Virus record (IMG/VR): IMGVR_UViG_3300046795_000031
Location: 1 to 31,500 of that record
Source: a virus
Lineage: Duplodnaviria; Caudoviricetes
Strand: one strand, 5' to 3'
DNA: 31,500 nt
Positions 1 to 7,327 of the stretch are shown one piece after another. The translations under genes and the position numbers were made by a program. Position 1 is the first letter of the stretch; each line of letters opens with the position of its first letter. Below the pieces are notes generated by a model. It saw only the letters and a list, made by a program, of their open reading frames with translations, did not search any database and was not told where the DNA came from.

Positions 1-102
1 ATCAAATTTTGGTTCTTCTTTATTAATTGGGCGCGTATGACCGGGCTTTCCTCGTAGCTTTACGACGTTGTTTGGCAATCTTGCCGGTCCACGCTTACCC
101 AT
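1..102 (-). CDS. Terminase small subunit, P27-like, N-terminal fragment (runs off the window)
   Basis: Manual translation MGKRGPARLPNNVVKLRGKPGHTRPINKEEPKFD resembles the RGP..P..K.L.G.PG.R.N..EP N-terminus of P27-type TerS. It lies downstream of HNH genes and has a G-rich RBS (AGGGGG). Confidence 0.8.
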   Translation of the reverse strand, partial: MGKRGPARLPNNVVKLRGKPGHTRPINKEEPKFD

Positions 103-205
103 TTTCAAATAATCCCCCTATGGCAAAACCTCGGACTGTGTGAATGTGGGCACCGTGCGCTCAACAAAGGGCAGATTTTTGAAGATTTTGATGGCGTACC
201 CCTTT
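103..205. other. Candidate cos/packaging region
   Basis: Position between the HNH gene end and terS, as in HK97-type cos phages, with G-runs at both ends. The cut site cannot be determined from sequence. Confidence 0.35.
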
Positions 206-988
206 GATTTTATTACGTTTAATTGGCTGGGCTAATCCGGCTATCCATAACTGACCTAATGCCTTATCAAGTTTTATTGCATTACACTTACGACAAGCGC
301 ATTGCGTATTCTCGTATGTATGACCACCACCACGGGACATCGGTATTATGTGATCCAACTCAGGTGATTGCGGTTGATGCTTTCCCTTTAATCGTCTCGG
401 GGTACTGATTCCACAGAGTTGACAGTGCCATTTATCACGCTCAAATACTTTTATGGGATTAACTGGTCGGTAAACAACACCAAACAATATAGCGCGTTCT
501 TTATGAGTTCCGCCTTCTCGTTGGTGAACATTCCATCTTTTAGCGCAATGTTTCGAACAGAAGACACGCCTCCTATTTCCATATTCAGGAATGAAATTCT
601 TTTTACATTGTATACAAGACCGAGCTTTAAGAACCTTCTTTGCACTATTTATTTGAAATGAATAAAGAGCCATTCTCTTTTTTTGGCATTGAAGGGAACC
701 ACATAATTTATGTTTTGATAAAGCACCGCATATTAAACAAGATTTATAATAGAGTGTGAGCAACGGAGACATTGATTTCGCAGCAGGTTTTGAATGATTA
801 ACACCTTTTCGGTGAGCGTATGCGCAAGCCTTCGAGCAATACTGTTCGCCTTCACCATTAAATCTATGACGGTTGTTATAATATTGCTTTCCGCAATTCT
901 TGCAGTTCCATATGTGAGCCGCGCCATGCATATTCACTTCATCTGCTGGGAACAAACCTAAATTCATTCCGTGGAAATCAACGCCCAT
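161..988 (-). CDS. HNH endonuclease with multiple N-terminal Cys zinc-finger-like motifs
   Basis: VFERDKWHCQLCG...ELDHIIPMSRGGGHTYENTQCACRKCNAIK HNH core, plus CxxC...YCSxxC repeats. AT-rich. Alternative start at 967 (ATGA overlap). Confidence 0.9.
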   Translation of the reverse strand: MGVDFHGMNLGLFPADEVNMHGAAHIWNCKNCGKQYYNNRHRFNGEGEQYCSKACAYAHRKGVNHSKPAAKSMSPLLTLYYKSCLICGALSKHKLCGSLQCQKKRMALYSFQINSAKKVLKARSCIQCKKNFIPEYGNRRRVFCSKHCAKRWNVHQREGGTHKERAILFGVVYRPVNPIKVFERDKWHCQLCGISTPRRLKGKHQPQSPELDHIIPMSRGGGHTYENTQCACRKCNAIKLDKALGQLWIAGLAQPIKRNKIKGVRHQNLQKSALC

Positions 989-1074
989 TTCATCTCACTG
1001 CGCTTAACTTCAGGGACATGGAATTGCCTGAGCGCGCTTACCGTCGATCTGATTTTTGGTCCTCGTAAGCCCAT
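964..1074 (-). CDS. 36-aa micro-ORF whose start resembles the TerS N-terminus
   Basis: Manual translation MGLRGPKIRSTVSALRQFHVPEVKRSEMKWALISTE. Starts right after the upstream TAA and ends in an ATGA overlap with the HNH ORF. Confidence 0.35.
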   Translation of the reverse strand: MGLRGPKIRSTVSALRQFHVPEVKRSEMKWALISTE

Positions 1075-1206
1075 TTAAGACTCATTGTCATCGTCGTCGT
1101 AGAATCCAGCCTTCTTTGCACACCCGTAATCATCGCAAAATTGACCGGTACAATAGCTCCCCGTAACCGGACAAATAAACTCACCCTCTTCGTTATCGTC
1201 GTCCAT
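1075..1206 (-). CDS. 43-aa acidic four-Cys protein
   Basis: Manual translation MDDDNEEGEFICPVTGSYCTGQFCDDYGCAKKAGFYDDDDNES fills the gap between neighbouring genes. Confidence 0.5.
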   Translation of the reverse strand: MDDDNEEGEFICPVTGSYCTGQFCDDYGCAKKAGFYDDDDNES

Positions 1207-1215
1207 AGGATTTGT

Positions 1216-1416
1216 CTAACCTGGCAGATGCGCTGGTATGTGAGTGACAGCCCAAATTAATATAAGTAAACCAGCAATCGCATACATCAATTGTTGAATC
1301 TTTGGTGGCACTGCGATGAATAGGCCAAGGATTAATAAGAGAATCCATACGACGACATAAGCAACCAGTGCATAGACCAATAGCCACAAGAGGAATATCA
1401 ATATCCCTTCAAGCAT
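1216..1416 (-). CDS. Small two-TM membrane protein
   Basis: 66 aa with two hydrophobic helices separated by VPPKIQQ. Overlaps the upstream HNH stop. Confidence 0.7.
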   Translation of the reverse strand: MLEGILIFLLWLLVYALVAYVVVWILLLILGLFIAVPPKIQQLMYAIAGLLILIWAVTHIPAHLPG

Positions 1417-1681
1417 GGTGCTGCTCCTTCCAGGTTTTGGCGGAATGACAACTATGGCAAAGACCCTGCACGTTGTTTATATCGAAAGCTGCGCCGCCTT
1501 TGCTGATGGGCATGATGTGATCGAGGTCGACGCTGCGTGCATGATGGCATGCTTGGCAGATCGGATTGCGCATCAGGACATATCTTCTCCATTGCCTGTG
1601 CCTATATCCATAATTGATCTTAGTGCTTGGTCTTGGTGTCTTTGGTATCCGAGCGGGTAAGGGTTTGGCTGATTGTGGCAT
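1409..1681 (-). CDS. Small phage HNH endonuclease (HK97 gp74-like packaging nuclease)
   Basis: YGYRHRQWRRYVLMRNPICQAC...DLDHIMPISKGGAAFDINNVQGLCHSCHSAKT, located upstream of terS. Confidence 0.9.
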   Translation of the reverse strand: MPQSAKPLPARIPKTPRPSTKINYGYRHRQWRRYVLMRNPICQACHHARSVDLDHIMPISKGGAAFDINNVQGLCHSCHSAKTWKEQHHA

Positions 1682-1743
1682 TTTAGATGCGCAATCCCTT
1701 ATCCATAGACTAAGGGTTATGATATGATCCTAACCAGGCGCTT

Positions 1744-1792
1744 GGCCCCGCGAGGCCGCCGGAACTGCGCCGGGTACGTGGTCCGCGGGGCC
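1744..1792. other. GC-rich intergenic hairpin
   Basis: GGCCCCGCG (1744-1752) pairs with CGCGGGGCC (1784-1792), with inner stems GGCC/GGTC and CCGG/CCGG. Confidence 0.55.
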
Positions 1793-1817
1793 TTCTGTTC
1801 CTGCCGCCCGCCGCATT

Positions 1818-2039
1818 TTATGTCGCGGGTGTCGGTGGTTCTTCCTCGTCTGCTCCAACACCGTATTTGGTTTTCAGCCGCTCCAATCCATCCCGCATCG
1901 CGCGCGCCGTCTGTTCCGCGTCGCTTACATCTTCCGGCGTCGATTCGGGATCGTCAATAATTTCCTGCGCGCTGGCAAGGATCTCTTTGAAATGCTCCGC
2001 TTGTTTCTGTCGAATACTTTCTTTATCTGGTTTTGCCAT
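1818..2039 (-). CDS. Hypothetical acidic helical protein
   Basis: 73-aa ORF with a strong RBS (AGGGAGG). Confidence 0.75.
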   Translation of the reverse strand: MAKPDKESIRQKQAEHFKEILASAQEIIDDPESTPEDVSDAEQTARAMRDGLERLKTKYGVGADEEEPPTPAT

Positions 2040-2284
2040 TATAGTATCCTCCCTAAATTATTTTTAGCACTTCCCGATTGGTTCGCAGTTTTCTAAATCA
2101 TAGGCTTGAACCATGATCTCGCTTAAACGACACAGCCCGACCGATTCTTTAAATACCCACAAAGCGGCACAATATCTAAAATGGGCAGCATCGAACCCGA
2201 ATAATTCTGAGCCCTCTATCGGCTCGTCGGCGTCCACAGCATTGTTACAGTGATTTAATCGTCAGACAGAGTCAAACTCCAAAT

Positions 2285-2533
2285 TCAGGCCGCGCGTTGC
2301 CGTTTTGGTACGGCTTTTAGTTTAGGCTTTTTCGTCGTATTTCTTACAATTTGGTCCATCTTGTGTGGAATCTCCAAAAAATTTCGGCAATGAAGTATAC
2401 TGTTGAGGTTTTGTAACTCATCGCGAATATCCATCAATATTGCCGCGTGTATCGATTCCCATGAATGAGTTTTACCGGTGCCAGTTGGCGTGCCTTCGGG
2501 AAGAATCCAATTGAAATTTTTATTGCGTGCCAT
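2285..2533 (-). CDS. Hypothetical protein
   Basis: Start MARNKNF at 2533 overlaps the upstream stop (TAATG). Confidence 0.65.
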   Translation of the reverse strand: MARNKNFNWILPEGTPTGTGKTHSWESIHAAILMDIRDELQNLNSILHCRNFLEIPHKMDQIVRNTTKKPKLKAVPKRQRAA

Positions 2534-2949
2534 TATTCTCCCTCTTGCCAAATTTCTATGATCGTTTCTTCATTGTTGCGCTGCTCCCACGTCTCTTTGA
2601 TTTCCTTGACGTAGACGGGCGAATCATCCGGTAATAATCCGCTTCGAACGAGGCCGTCCACGACGGCCTTATGACTGCGCCCTGTGGCGTCTGCGATCCG
2701 CCGGCTTCGATGATGGACGACGATACTAAATCGCGGATGAACTTCTTCAGCCTCATCCGTTCGCGCATATCCATCGCCAGGATTCGATTCCACGTCGGCA
2801 GCGGAAACGGCAGCACGATTGAAGCGCGCAAGATAGGTTGCAAGTTCTGCTTCGGTCCAGGCATTTGATTTTGTCCCCACTAAATCTAGCTCGCGGTCAA
2901 ACCGCCGAAATACCCGTTCGGCATATTTGTAATATTTCAATCTTCGCAA
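2533..2949 (-). CDS. RusA-like Holliday junction resolvase
   Basis: RRIADATGRSHKAVVDGLVRSGLLPDDSPVYV matches the RusA D..K...D.L...G...DD pattern. Typical position after replication genes. Start uncertain. Confidence 0.65.
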   Translation of the reverse strand: MRRLKYYKYAERVFRRFDRELDLVGTKSNAWTEAELATYLARFNRAAVSAADVESNPGDGYARTDEAEEVHPRFSIVVHHRSRRIADATGRSHKAVVDGLVRSGLLPDDSPVYVKEIKETWEQRNNEETIIEIWQEGE

Positions 2950-4438
2950 TCAGTCGTAGGATTTCATACGCGACCTGCGGGACGATCGCGTTGCCCAATC
3001 CTTTAAGGCGGTCCACTCTTCGGGCGACTCCATTCGCAACTCTAGGCAAGCCATCTTCCCAGCCGTAGTCAGGCCAAGCCGCTTCGCTGTCGAATGCAGG
3101 AAGTTGTGACACCATTTGCAAAGCGTCTGGATGTTCAGCTGGTCGTTGTTTGCCTTGTTTTGATCGACGTGATGAGCGTGGAGCTGTCGCCTCTCGCCGC
3201 AAGCCTCGCAGGAATTCTTCAGATGCTTTCGCGCCCTCCACGAGTAACCGTGCTTCGTCAGAACCTTTCGAGTATTCGCGCACGAAAGAGAACAGAACCT
3301 CCGCTTGTTGAACGCGGTCAAGTCCTCTAGCTGTTTGCCATAACGCTTGCGAAACATTGGCGTTCCACAGTTCTCGCAAGGCTTTGATGCTTCGAGTATT
3401 TTCTTCATGCGTCAATCCTCTTCCGTGATGTCGGTCCAACCAACGGGGTAGCCCATCAGTGCTTCCACCCACGCCGGGTTCAGGGAGCCACAGGCCATCT
3501 GCTTGCCTACCTCCTCGCCAACCATTTCCCGCAGCTTCCTCGTGTTCCCGCTGCCGCCCCCTAGCCCATGCGTCCCGCCGCTCGACGTTGACGCCATCGT
3601 CGGCCACATCTTCACCTGACTGTGCAGACTGTCCGCCACTCCCCGATGCTTCCCCGCGTCGAATCCCTCCTTGCGCGGTGTGGCCCATAGTTTCACCTGT
3701 GCGTTGAGCGGTACTGAATGCCTCTCGTACTGGCTCGGCCCCCCGTCGTTGCTCGAATCCTGATCGGTCGGCGTAGCCCACAATCCCCTGCTGTTCACTG
3801 CTTGTGGTAGATGCATCTGTCCGCCGCTCGTCGTCACCATTCCGTGATGAATCGCCGATACAACGTCCATCGTGGGCCACAATCCATACTCTGTCTCTTC
3901 GGTGTCGGGCATCGACGGCGCAAGCTGGAATAATAAGCGGTTGCACGGCGTAGCCTTCACGCTCCAGGTCAGAAATACAGTTGTCGAGCTCCATCGTGAC
4001 GAATCCAGCAACGTTCTCACCAACGACCCAAGCGGGCCGGGCTTCTTGTATAACCCTGAACATTTCCGGCCAGAGCGCACGGTCGTCATCCTTGCCTCTT
4101 CGCTTCCCGGCCTGGGAAAATGGCTGGCATGGAAACCCGCCTGTAAGCAGAGTTGCTCCCCGGTATTCTTTTCCGTTGAATTGTCTGATGTCATCGTAGA
4201 GACGCGGATTGCTGTTTCTAATCCGCATGTCGAATATTTCTCTAGTCTCCTGATCCCCGCGTTTAAACCTTCCGCGTTGCCATCGCGTGCATCGGGTGTC
4301 GGCCACAGCTTTGAATCTCTGTTTAAGGATCGCTTGCGCATAAGGTTCGATCTCCACGAAAGCTACTGTCTTGAATCCCGCCCACTGTGCGGCAAGGGCG
4401 AAGCCGCCGATGCCGGAAAATAAATCAATGTGAGTCAT
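2897..4438 (-). CDS. DNA (cytosine-5) methyltransferase, alpha-like chain
   Basis: Motif I HIDLFSGIGGF, motif IV GGFPCQPFS, motif VI ENV, motif VIII RHRRDRVW and motif X RLKGLGNAIVPQVA. No motif IX in this frame. Confidence 0.9.
   Translation of the reverse strand: MTHIDLFSGIGGFALAAQWAGFKTVAFVEIEPYAQAILKQRFKAVADTRCTRWQRGRFKRGDQETREIFDMRIRNSNPRLYDDIRQFNGKEYRGATLLTGGFPCQPFSQAGKRRGKDDDRALWPEMFRVIQEARPAWVVGENVAGFVTMELDNCISDLEREGYAVQPLIIPACAVDARHRRDRVWIVAHDGRCIGDSSRNGDDERRTDASTTSSEQQGIVGYADRSGFEQRRGAEPVREAFSTAQRTGETMGHTAQGGIRRGEASGSGGQSAQSGEDVADDGVNVERRDAWARGRQREHEEAAGNGWRGGRQADGLWLPEPGVGGSTDGLPRWLDRHHGRGLTHEENTRSIKALRELWNANVSQALWQTARGLDRVQQAEVLFSFVREYSKGSDEARLLVEGAKASEEFLRGLRREATAPRSSRRSKQGKQRPAEHPDALQMVSQLPAFDSEAAWPDYGWEDGLPRVANGVARRVDRLKGLGNAIVPQVAYEILRLIAKIEILQICRTGISAV
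2950..3408 (-). CDS. HNH endonuclease nested in the +1 frame of the methyltransferase gene
   Basis: CENCG...FCSLSCAN zinc finger and CEACGERRQLHAHHVDQNKANNDQLNIQTLCKWCHNFLH HNH core. GAGG RBS upstream. Confidence 0.85.
   Translation of the reverse strand: MKKILEASKPCENCGTPMFRKRYGKQLEDLTAFNKRRFCSLSCANTRKVLTKHGYSWRARKHLKNSCEACGERRQLHAHHVDQNKANNDQLNIQTLCKWCHNFLHSTAKRLGLTTAGKMACLELRMESPEEWTALKDWATRSSRRSRMKSYD
3412..4341 (-). CDS. Methyltransferase beta-like chain encoded in an overlapping frame
   Basis: Ends in motif IX-like GSLNPAWVEALMGYPVGWT and has five (L/M)W(P/A)T(P/M) modules. Arrangement as in M.EcoHK31I alpha/beta. Start uncertain. Confidence 0.75.
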   Translation of the reverse strand: MRKRSLNRDSKLWPTPDARDGNAEGLNAGIRRLEKYSTCGLETAIRVSTMTSDNSTEKNTGEQLCLQAGFHASHFPRPGSEEARMTTVRSGRKCSGLYKKPGPLGSLVRTLLDSSRWSSTTVFLTWSVKATPCNRLLFQLAPSMPDTEETEYGLWPTMDVVSAIHHGMVTTSGGQMHLPQAVNSRGLWATPTDQDSSNDGGPSQYERHSVPLNAQVKLWATPRKEGFDAGKHRGVADSLHSQVKMWPTMASTSSGGTHGLGGGSGNTRKLREMVGEEVGKQMACGSLNPAWVEALMGYPVGWTDITEED

Positions 4439-4680
4439 CGTGCCTTGATCCCCTCGCGAAACGTCCGCATCGCGCCCATCACAGGGCTATGAATGCCCGG
4501 CGGCCGGCCATGTGAGTGCGGCGCGTAATGGGGTTTTCGCGAGTAAATGACCGGCTGATGGTGCAGGCGCATGTGATCGTGAAACGCCGACTCGGGATAG
4601 ATAATCGTTTTCTGCACGCAGTGCGGGCAAACCACACCGATAATTGTCCGATGGCCGATCCGGATGATGCGCCGTTCCAT
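4435..4680 (-). CDS. Hypothetical protein with a C2H2-like motif
   Basis: CPHC...HMRLHH. Overlaps both neighbours. Confidence 0.6.
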   Translation of the reverse strand: MERRIIRIGHRTIIGVVCPHCVQKTIIYPESAFHDHMRLHHQPVIYSRKPHYAPHSHGRPPGIHSPVMGAMRTFREGIKAR

Positions 4681-4901
4681 TAGGCTTTTTTGGGCCAGTT
4701 ACTAAGTATCCCTGTCAGTCGCGGCGGCGATTCCTTCGCCATACTGGCAACAACAAACTCTAAAACCGCAGCGCGACTAAAACGCCAGCTTCGGCCTATC
4801 CGCTTGCCGGGGATAACCCCGGTTTCAGCGAGCTTATATACCGTCTTAACGTGTAATCTTAAAAGCGCGGCGACTTCCGGCGCTGTCATAACTTCTTCCA
4901 T
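4680..4901 (-). CDS. Excisionase-family (HTH_17-like) DNA-binding protein
   Basis: MTAPEVAALLRLHVKTVYKLAETGVIPGKRIGRSWRFSR. Confidence 0.9.
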   Translation of the reverse strand: MEEVMTAPEVAALLRLHVKTVYKLAETGVIPGKRIGRSWRFSRAAVLEFVVASMAKESPPRLTGILSNWPKKA

Positions 4902-4903
4902 TT

Positions 4904-5122
4904 CTATTCTTTGCTGAAGACCGCATTGCGCAAGGCCTTGCGCCTGTCGCGCTCATATTGCCGGTGATAGGCACGCACTTTGTCAGGGTTGCGCTTCTTC
5001 CATGCCGTCTGCCTCGCGTATCTCGTTTGCGGCATCGGCCCGACAAACTCGTACTTAAACCACATGCGATCACTCGGCTCGACCAGGGGCTTATCCGGCG
5101 TGATTATCTTTATCTTATCCAT
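4904..5122 (-). CDS. Hypothetical basic protein
   Basis: 72 aa, WKKRNPDKVRAY motif, AGGAG RBS. Confidence 0.65.
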   Translation of the reverse strand: MDKIKIITPDKPLVEPSDRMWFKYEFVGPMPQTRYARQTAWKKRNPDKVRAYHRQYERDRRKALRNAVFSKE

Positions 5123-5147
5123 TTTTTTTATTTGACTCTCCTGACGG

Positions 5148-5363
5148 TCATAACCCGAGCACCCACATGACGACCGGTGTCATCAACAGCACAAACAAAA
5201 ACAATGCAGCCAACAGCATCTGCCACGACGTCTCATCGTTCATCGTCCTGACCATATTTGCAAAACCACCATTCCTATGCCGCTCAAGGTCAACGTTAAC
5301 GCCAGGAACAGCAGGGCCGCCACGATCACGATCTTTAACCAGTCGAAGAACGGCATCACGCAT
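5148..5363 (-). CDS. Hypothetical protein with a C-terminal TM helix
   Basis: Hydrophobic C-terminus. Overlaps the upstream stop. Confidence 0.55.
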   Translation of the reverse strand: MRDAVLRLVKDRDRGGPAVPGVNVDLERHRNGGFANMVRTMNDETSWQMLLAALFLFVLLMTPVVMWVLGL

Positions 5364-5703
5364 GACCTATTTGCTTTTGCGTCTCCTGTTTTAATTTCGC
5401 TTGGACTTGTTTTCCTCGCTCGATCTGCTCGCGCCAGTTGAGCGTCGCAAACGGCTGATCGACCGGCGGTAGTGGCGCTTTGAAATCTCTTACGGGCGGC
5501 AGTGACGCATCACCCAATTCGGCAATACTCGGAAAATACTTACAAGTCGCCAAACACTTCTGCACGCCAGCGGAGAATTTGCTATCGGGAATGTCTTTCA
5601 GCATTTCCCAATAAACATCTTGACCCTCATCCGGCATTTTGTGCGCGTAGGTAAACACGGAAAGCAAAGCGGTAAATTGATTGTTGAAAAATTCTCGGGT
5701 CAT
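5356..5703 (-). CDS. Putative helicase loader/inhibitor-like replication protein
   Basis: YWEMLKD...CKYFPSIAEL motif, directly after the initiator with an ATGA overlap. Confidence 0.6.
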   Translation of the reverse strand: MTREFFNNQFTALLSVFTYAHKMPDEGQDVYWEMLKDIPDSKFSAGVQKCLATCKYFPSIAELGDASLPPVRDFKAPLPPVDQPFATLNWREQIERGKQVQAKLKQETQKQIGHA

Positions 5704-6398
5704 AATCCCCTCGTCAAAGAGCGTTTAAGACGCTCATTCAATTCGCCGGTAAAAACCGAAGTGATCGGCCGTTCGTCTTTCCATCGCCCCTGATTCAGCC
5801 ATGTCGCGGGATTTGGGATATATTGCCCGTTGTCTTTGATCCACTGTGGCTGATTGATCTGCCAGCCGAGCGCCGCGAATATTTCATTTTGCACGTCGCT
5901 ACAATGTTGGGCCTCTTTGCACCAGGCCCGGTATGCCACCCGTTTCGCATTTTTCTTTGGATAGATTGACCAAAATTTTTCAAAAGTGAGATCACCAACC
6001 GCCCGCCCCCTTTTAGGGGGGTTAGGGGGGTTTGGTCCGGTCTGGTCAGTAAGGTTTGGTTCGGAAGGTTCGGAGGGAACCGGTTTCCGTTCCTCGACTC
6101 TGTGATATTTCGACCATTTAACTACTCTTAGAGTGGGCTGACAGGTCAGCCAGAGGCGGCTGAGAGCGAACTGGTACACGCCTGTCACCGTCCTCTGAGC
6201 GGCCTGACACCGGCCTGCGACCAGCCTGATAAGCTCCTCATAGTCGCCTGGCAGCTCACTCTCATTGCGGTCTGCGATGCTTAAAAACTCAAGCCAGATT
6301 GACAAGGATTTCTCGCCAATCTGGTGCCGCATTGCCCAGACTTCGGGATCGGCGTTGATGTCATGCGATACGGGAAACCAGCGTTTAATTCTTGGCAT
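5700..6398 (-). CDS. Phage replication initiator / replisome organiser
   Basis: N-terminal helical domain, Pro-rich linker, and C-terminal FEKFWSIYPKK...YIPNPATWLNQGRWKDE. Confidence 0.8.
   Translation of the reverse strand: MPRIKRWFPVSHDINADPEVWAMRHQIGEKSLSIWLEFLSIADRNESELPGDYEELIRLVAGRCQAAQRTVTGVYQFALSRLWLTCQPTLRVVKWSKYHRVEERKPVPSEPSEPNLTDQTGPNPPNPPKRGRAVGDLTFEKFWSIYPKKNAKRVAYRAWCKEAQHCSDVQNEIFAALGWQINQPQWIKDNGQYIPNPATWLNQGRWKDERPITSVFTGELNERLKRSLTRGL
5995..6090. other. Candidate replication origin inside the initiator gene
   Basis: Short repeats GGTTCGGA x2 and GGT(C/T)(T/C)GG, plus a CCCCCC-TTTTA-GGGGGG hairpin in the linker. Lambdoid origins lie in this position. Confidence 0.35.
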
Positions 6399-6430
6399 GG
6401 TGATTATCTTTCAATGGTTGGCGGTGAGCT

Positions 6431-6589
6431 TCATGCGATCATCCTCGACATGGCGATGCAGGCAATACCGCAAACACAGGCGATCCCGGCCATATAAAAC
6501 TCGCCCTCAGTCAACATGCAGACCATCTCGCCGCCAAGAAAGCCGCTAAAAAACGCCAGCCCTAAAGCTAAACGAAATGGGTCAATCAT
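6431..6589 (-). CDS. Small two-TM membrane protein
   Basis: Start MIDPFRL at 6589 via an ATGA overlap with the upstream stop. Confidence 0.6.
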   Translation of the reverse strand: MIDPFRLALGLAFFSGFLGGEMVCMLTEGEFYMAGIACVCGIACIAMSRMIA

Positions 6590-6858
6590 AGGCAAAAGTG
6601 CAAGAGTATAAGTGTACAAGAGTAAAAGAGCCTCGGAACTTTTGTACTCTTGTACTTTTTTACTCTTTCACCGCCCCCATCATTTTGCTCGATCATGTCG
6701 AAGGCGTGCCCGGCGTGCTCCTCGAGCAGCGCATCGATCACGCCTTGCAGGTACGGCCCGCCGTCTGCACCGTAAAAAACAAAACTCACCCCGCACTCCG
6801 CGCAGGAAAATGACACGCTCGTCGAGATGCCGGGCTTCGATGAAACGCTAGGAGTCAT
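6586..6858 (-). CDS. Hypothetical zinc-binding protein whose C-terminus is encoded by repeat B1
   Basis: CAEC...H..H. Ends ERVKKYKSTKVPRLFYSCTLILLHFCL. Confidence 0.6.
   Translation of the reverse strand: MTPSVSSKPGISTSVSFSCAECGVSFVFYGADGGPYLQGVIDALLEEHAGHAFDMIEQNDGGGERVKKYKSTKVPRLFYSCTLILLHFCL
6594..6668. repeat. Family B 8-bp-unit inverted repeat, copy B1
   Basis: AAAAGTGC AAGAGTAT AAGTGTAC AAGAGTAA AAGAG-cctcgga-ACTTTTGT ACTCTTGT ACTTTTTT ACTCTTT. Confidence 0.95.
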
Positions 6859-7312
6859 CGATGACAGAATTTATTAAAGACAATGCGCGATTATAAGTAT
6901 GCCGTTGAATCTCGCCGCGCTTCTGCATTCTTTCTAATTGATTAAACCCATATTGTTTATCGGCATCAGATGCGTTTTGAGAATCAAATAATTTGATGGC
7001 GATGATTGATCGTCTTGGCCCGCTATAATCGATAATCATGAATTTTCCGCGATTGAGCGCATATCTAAAAACACCCGCCACTCGCTGGCGCATTTGTTTT
7101 TTCGTTGTAGGCGTCGCGCGACCGCCAGATACTGTTCTCGTGGCACAAGCGATGTCGCACCACTTCCAGCGTTCTTTTGGATTTAATAAATGCGATTCCA
7201 AATGCTTGAGGAATAAGTCCGATCCGAAGCCATGCGTGAGTAAAGTTCTATCGCCAAGTTCAATCAGATTAATTTGTTCTTGTTTCACCAATTCTTTTGC
7301 TGTCATCGTCAA
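6848..7312 (-). CDS. Hypothetical protein
   Basis: 154-aa ORF with AAGGAG RBS, lower GC. Confidence 0.75.
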   Translation of the reverse strand: MTMTAKELVKQEQINLIELGDRTLLTHGFGSDLFLKHLESHLLNPKERWKWCDIACATRTVSGGRATPTTKKQMRQRVAGVFRYALNRGKFMIIDYSGPRRSIIAIKLFDSQNASDADKQYGFNQLERMQKRGEIQRHTYNRALSLINSVIDDS

Positions 7313-7327
7313 AACTCCTTCCCGGTT

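Noticed and set aside
1216-1416. Holin call for the small membrane protein (also 15545..15841)
   Set aside because: Hydrophobicity alone is insufficient, and no adjacent endolysin is recognisable.
3847-3856. Partial family A matches (ATGAATCGCC here and GAATCGCCCC at 29566-29575)
   Set aside because: Only 10 bp, with no palindrome or GTAG flank. Compatible with chance.
3872-4423. 183-aa plus-strand ORF in the MTase locus
   Set aside because: Antisense shadow with no recognisable motif or RBS.
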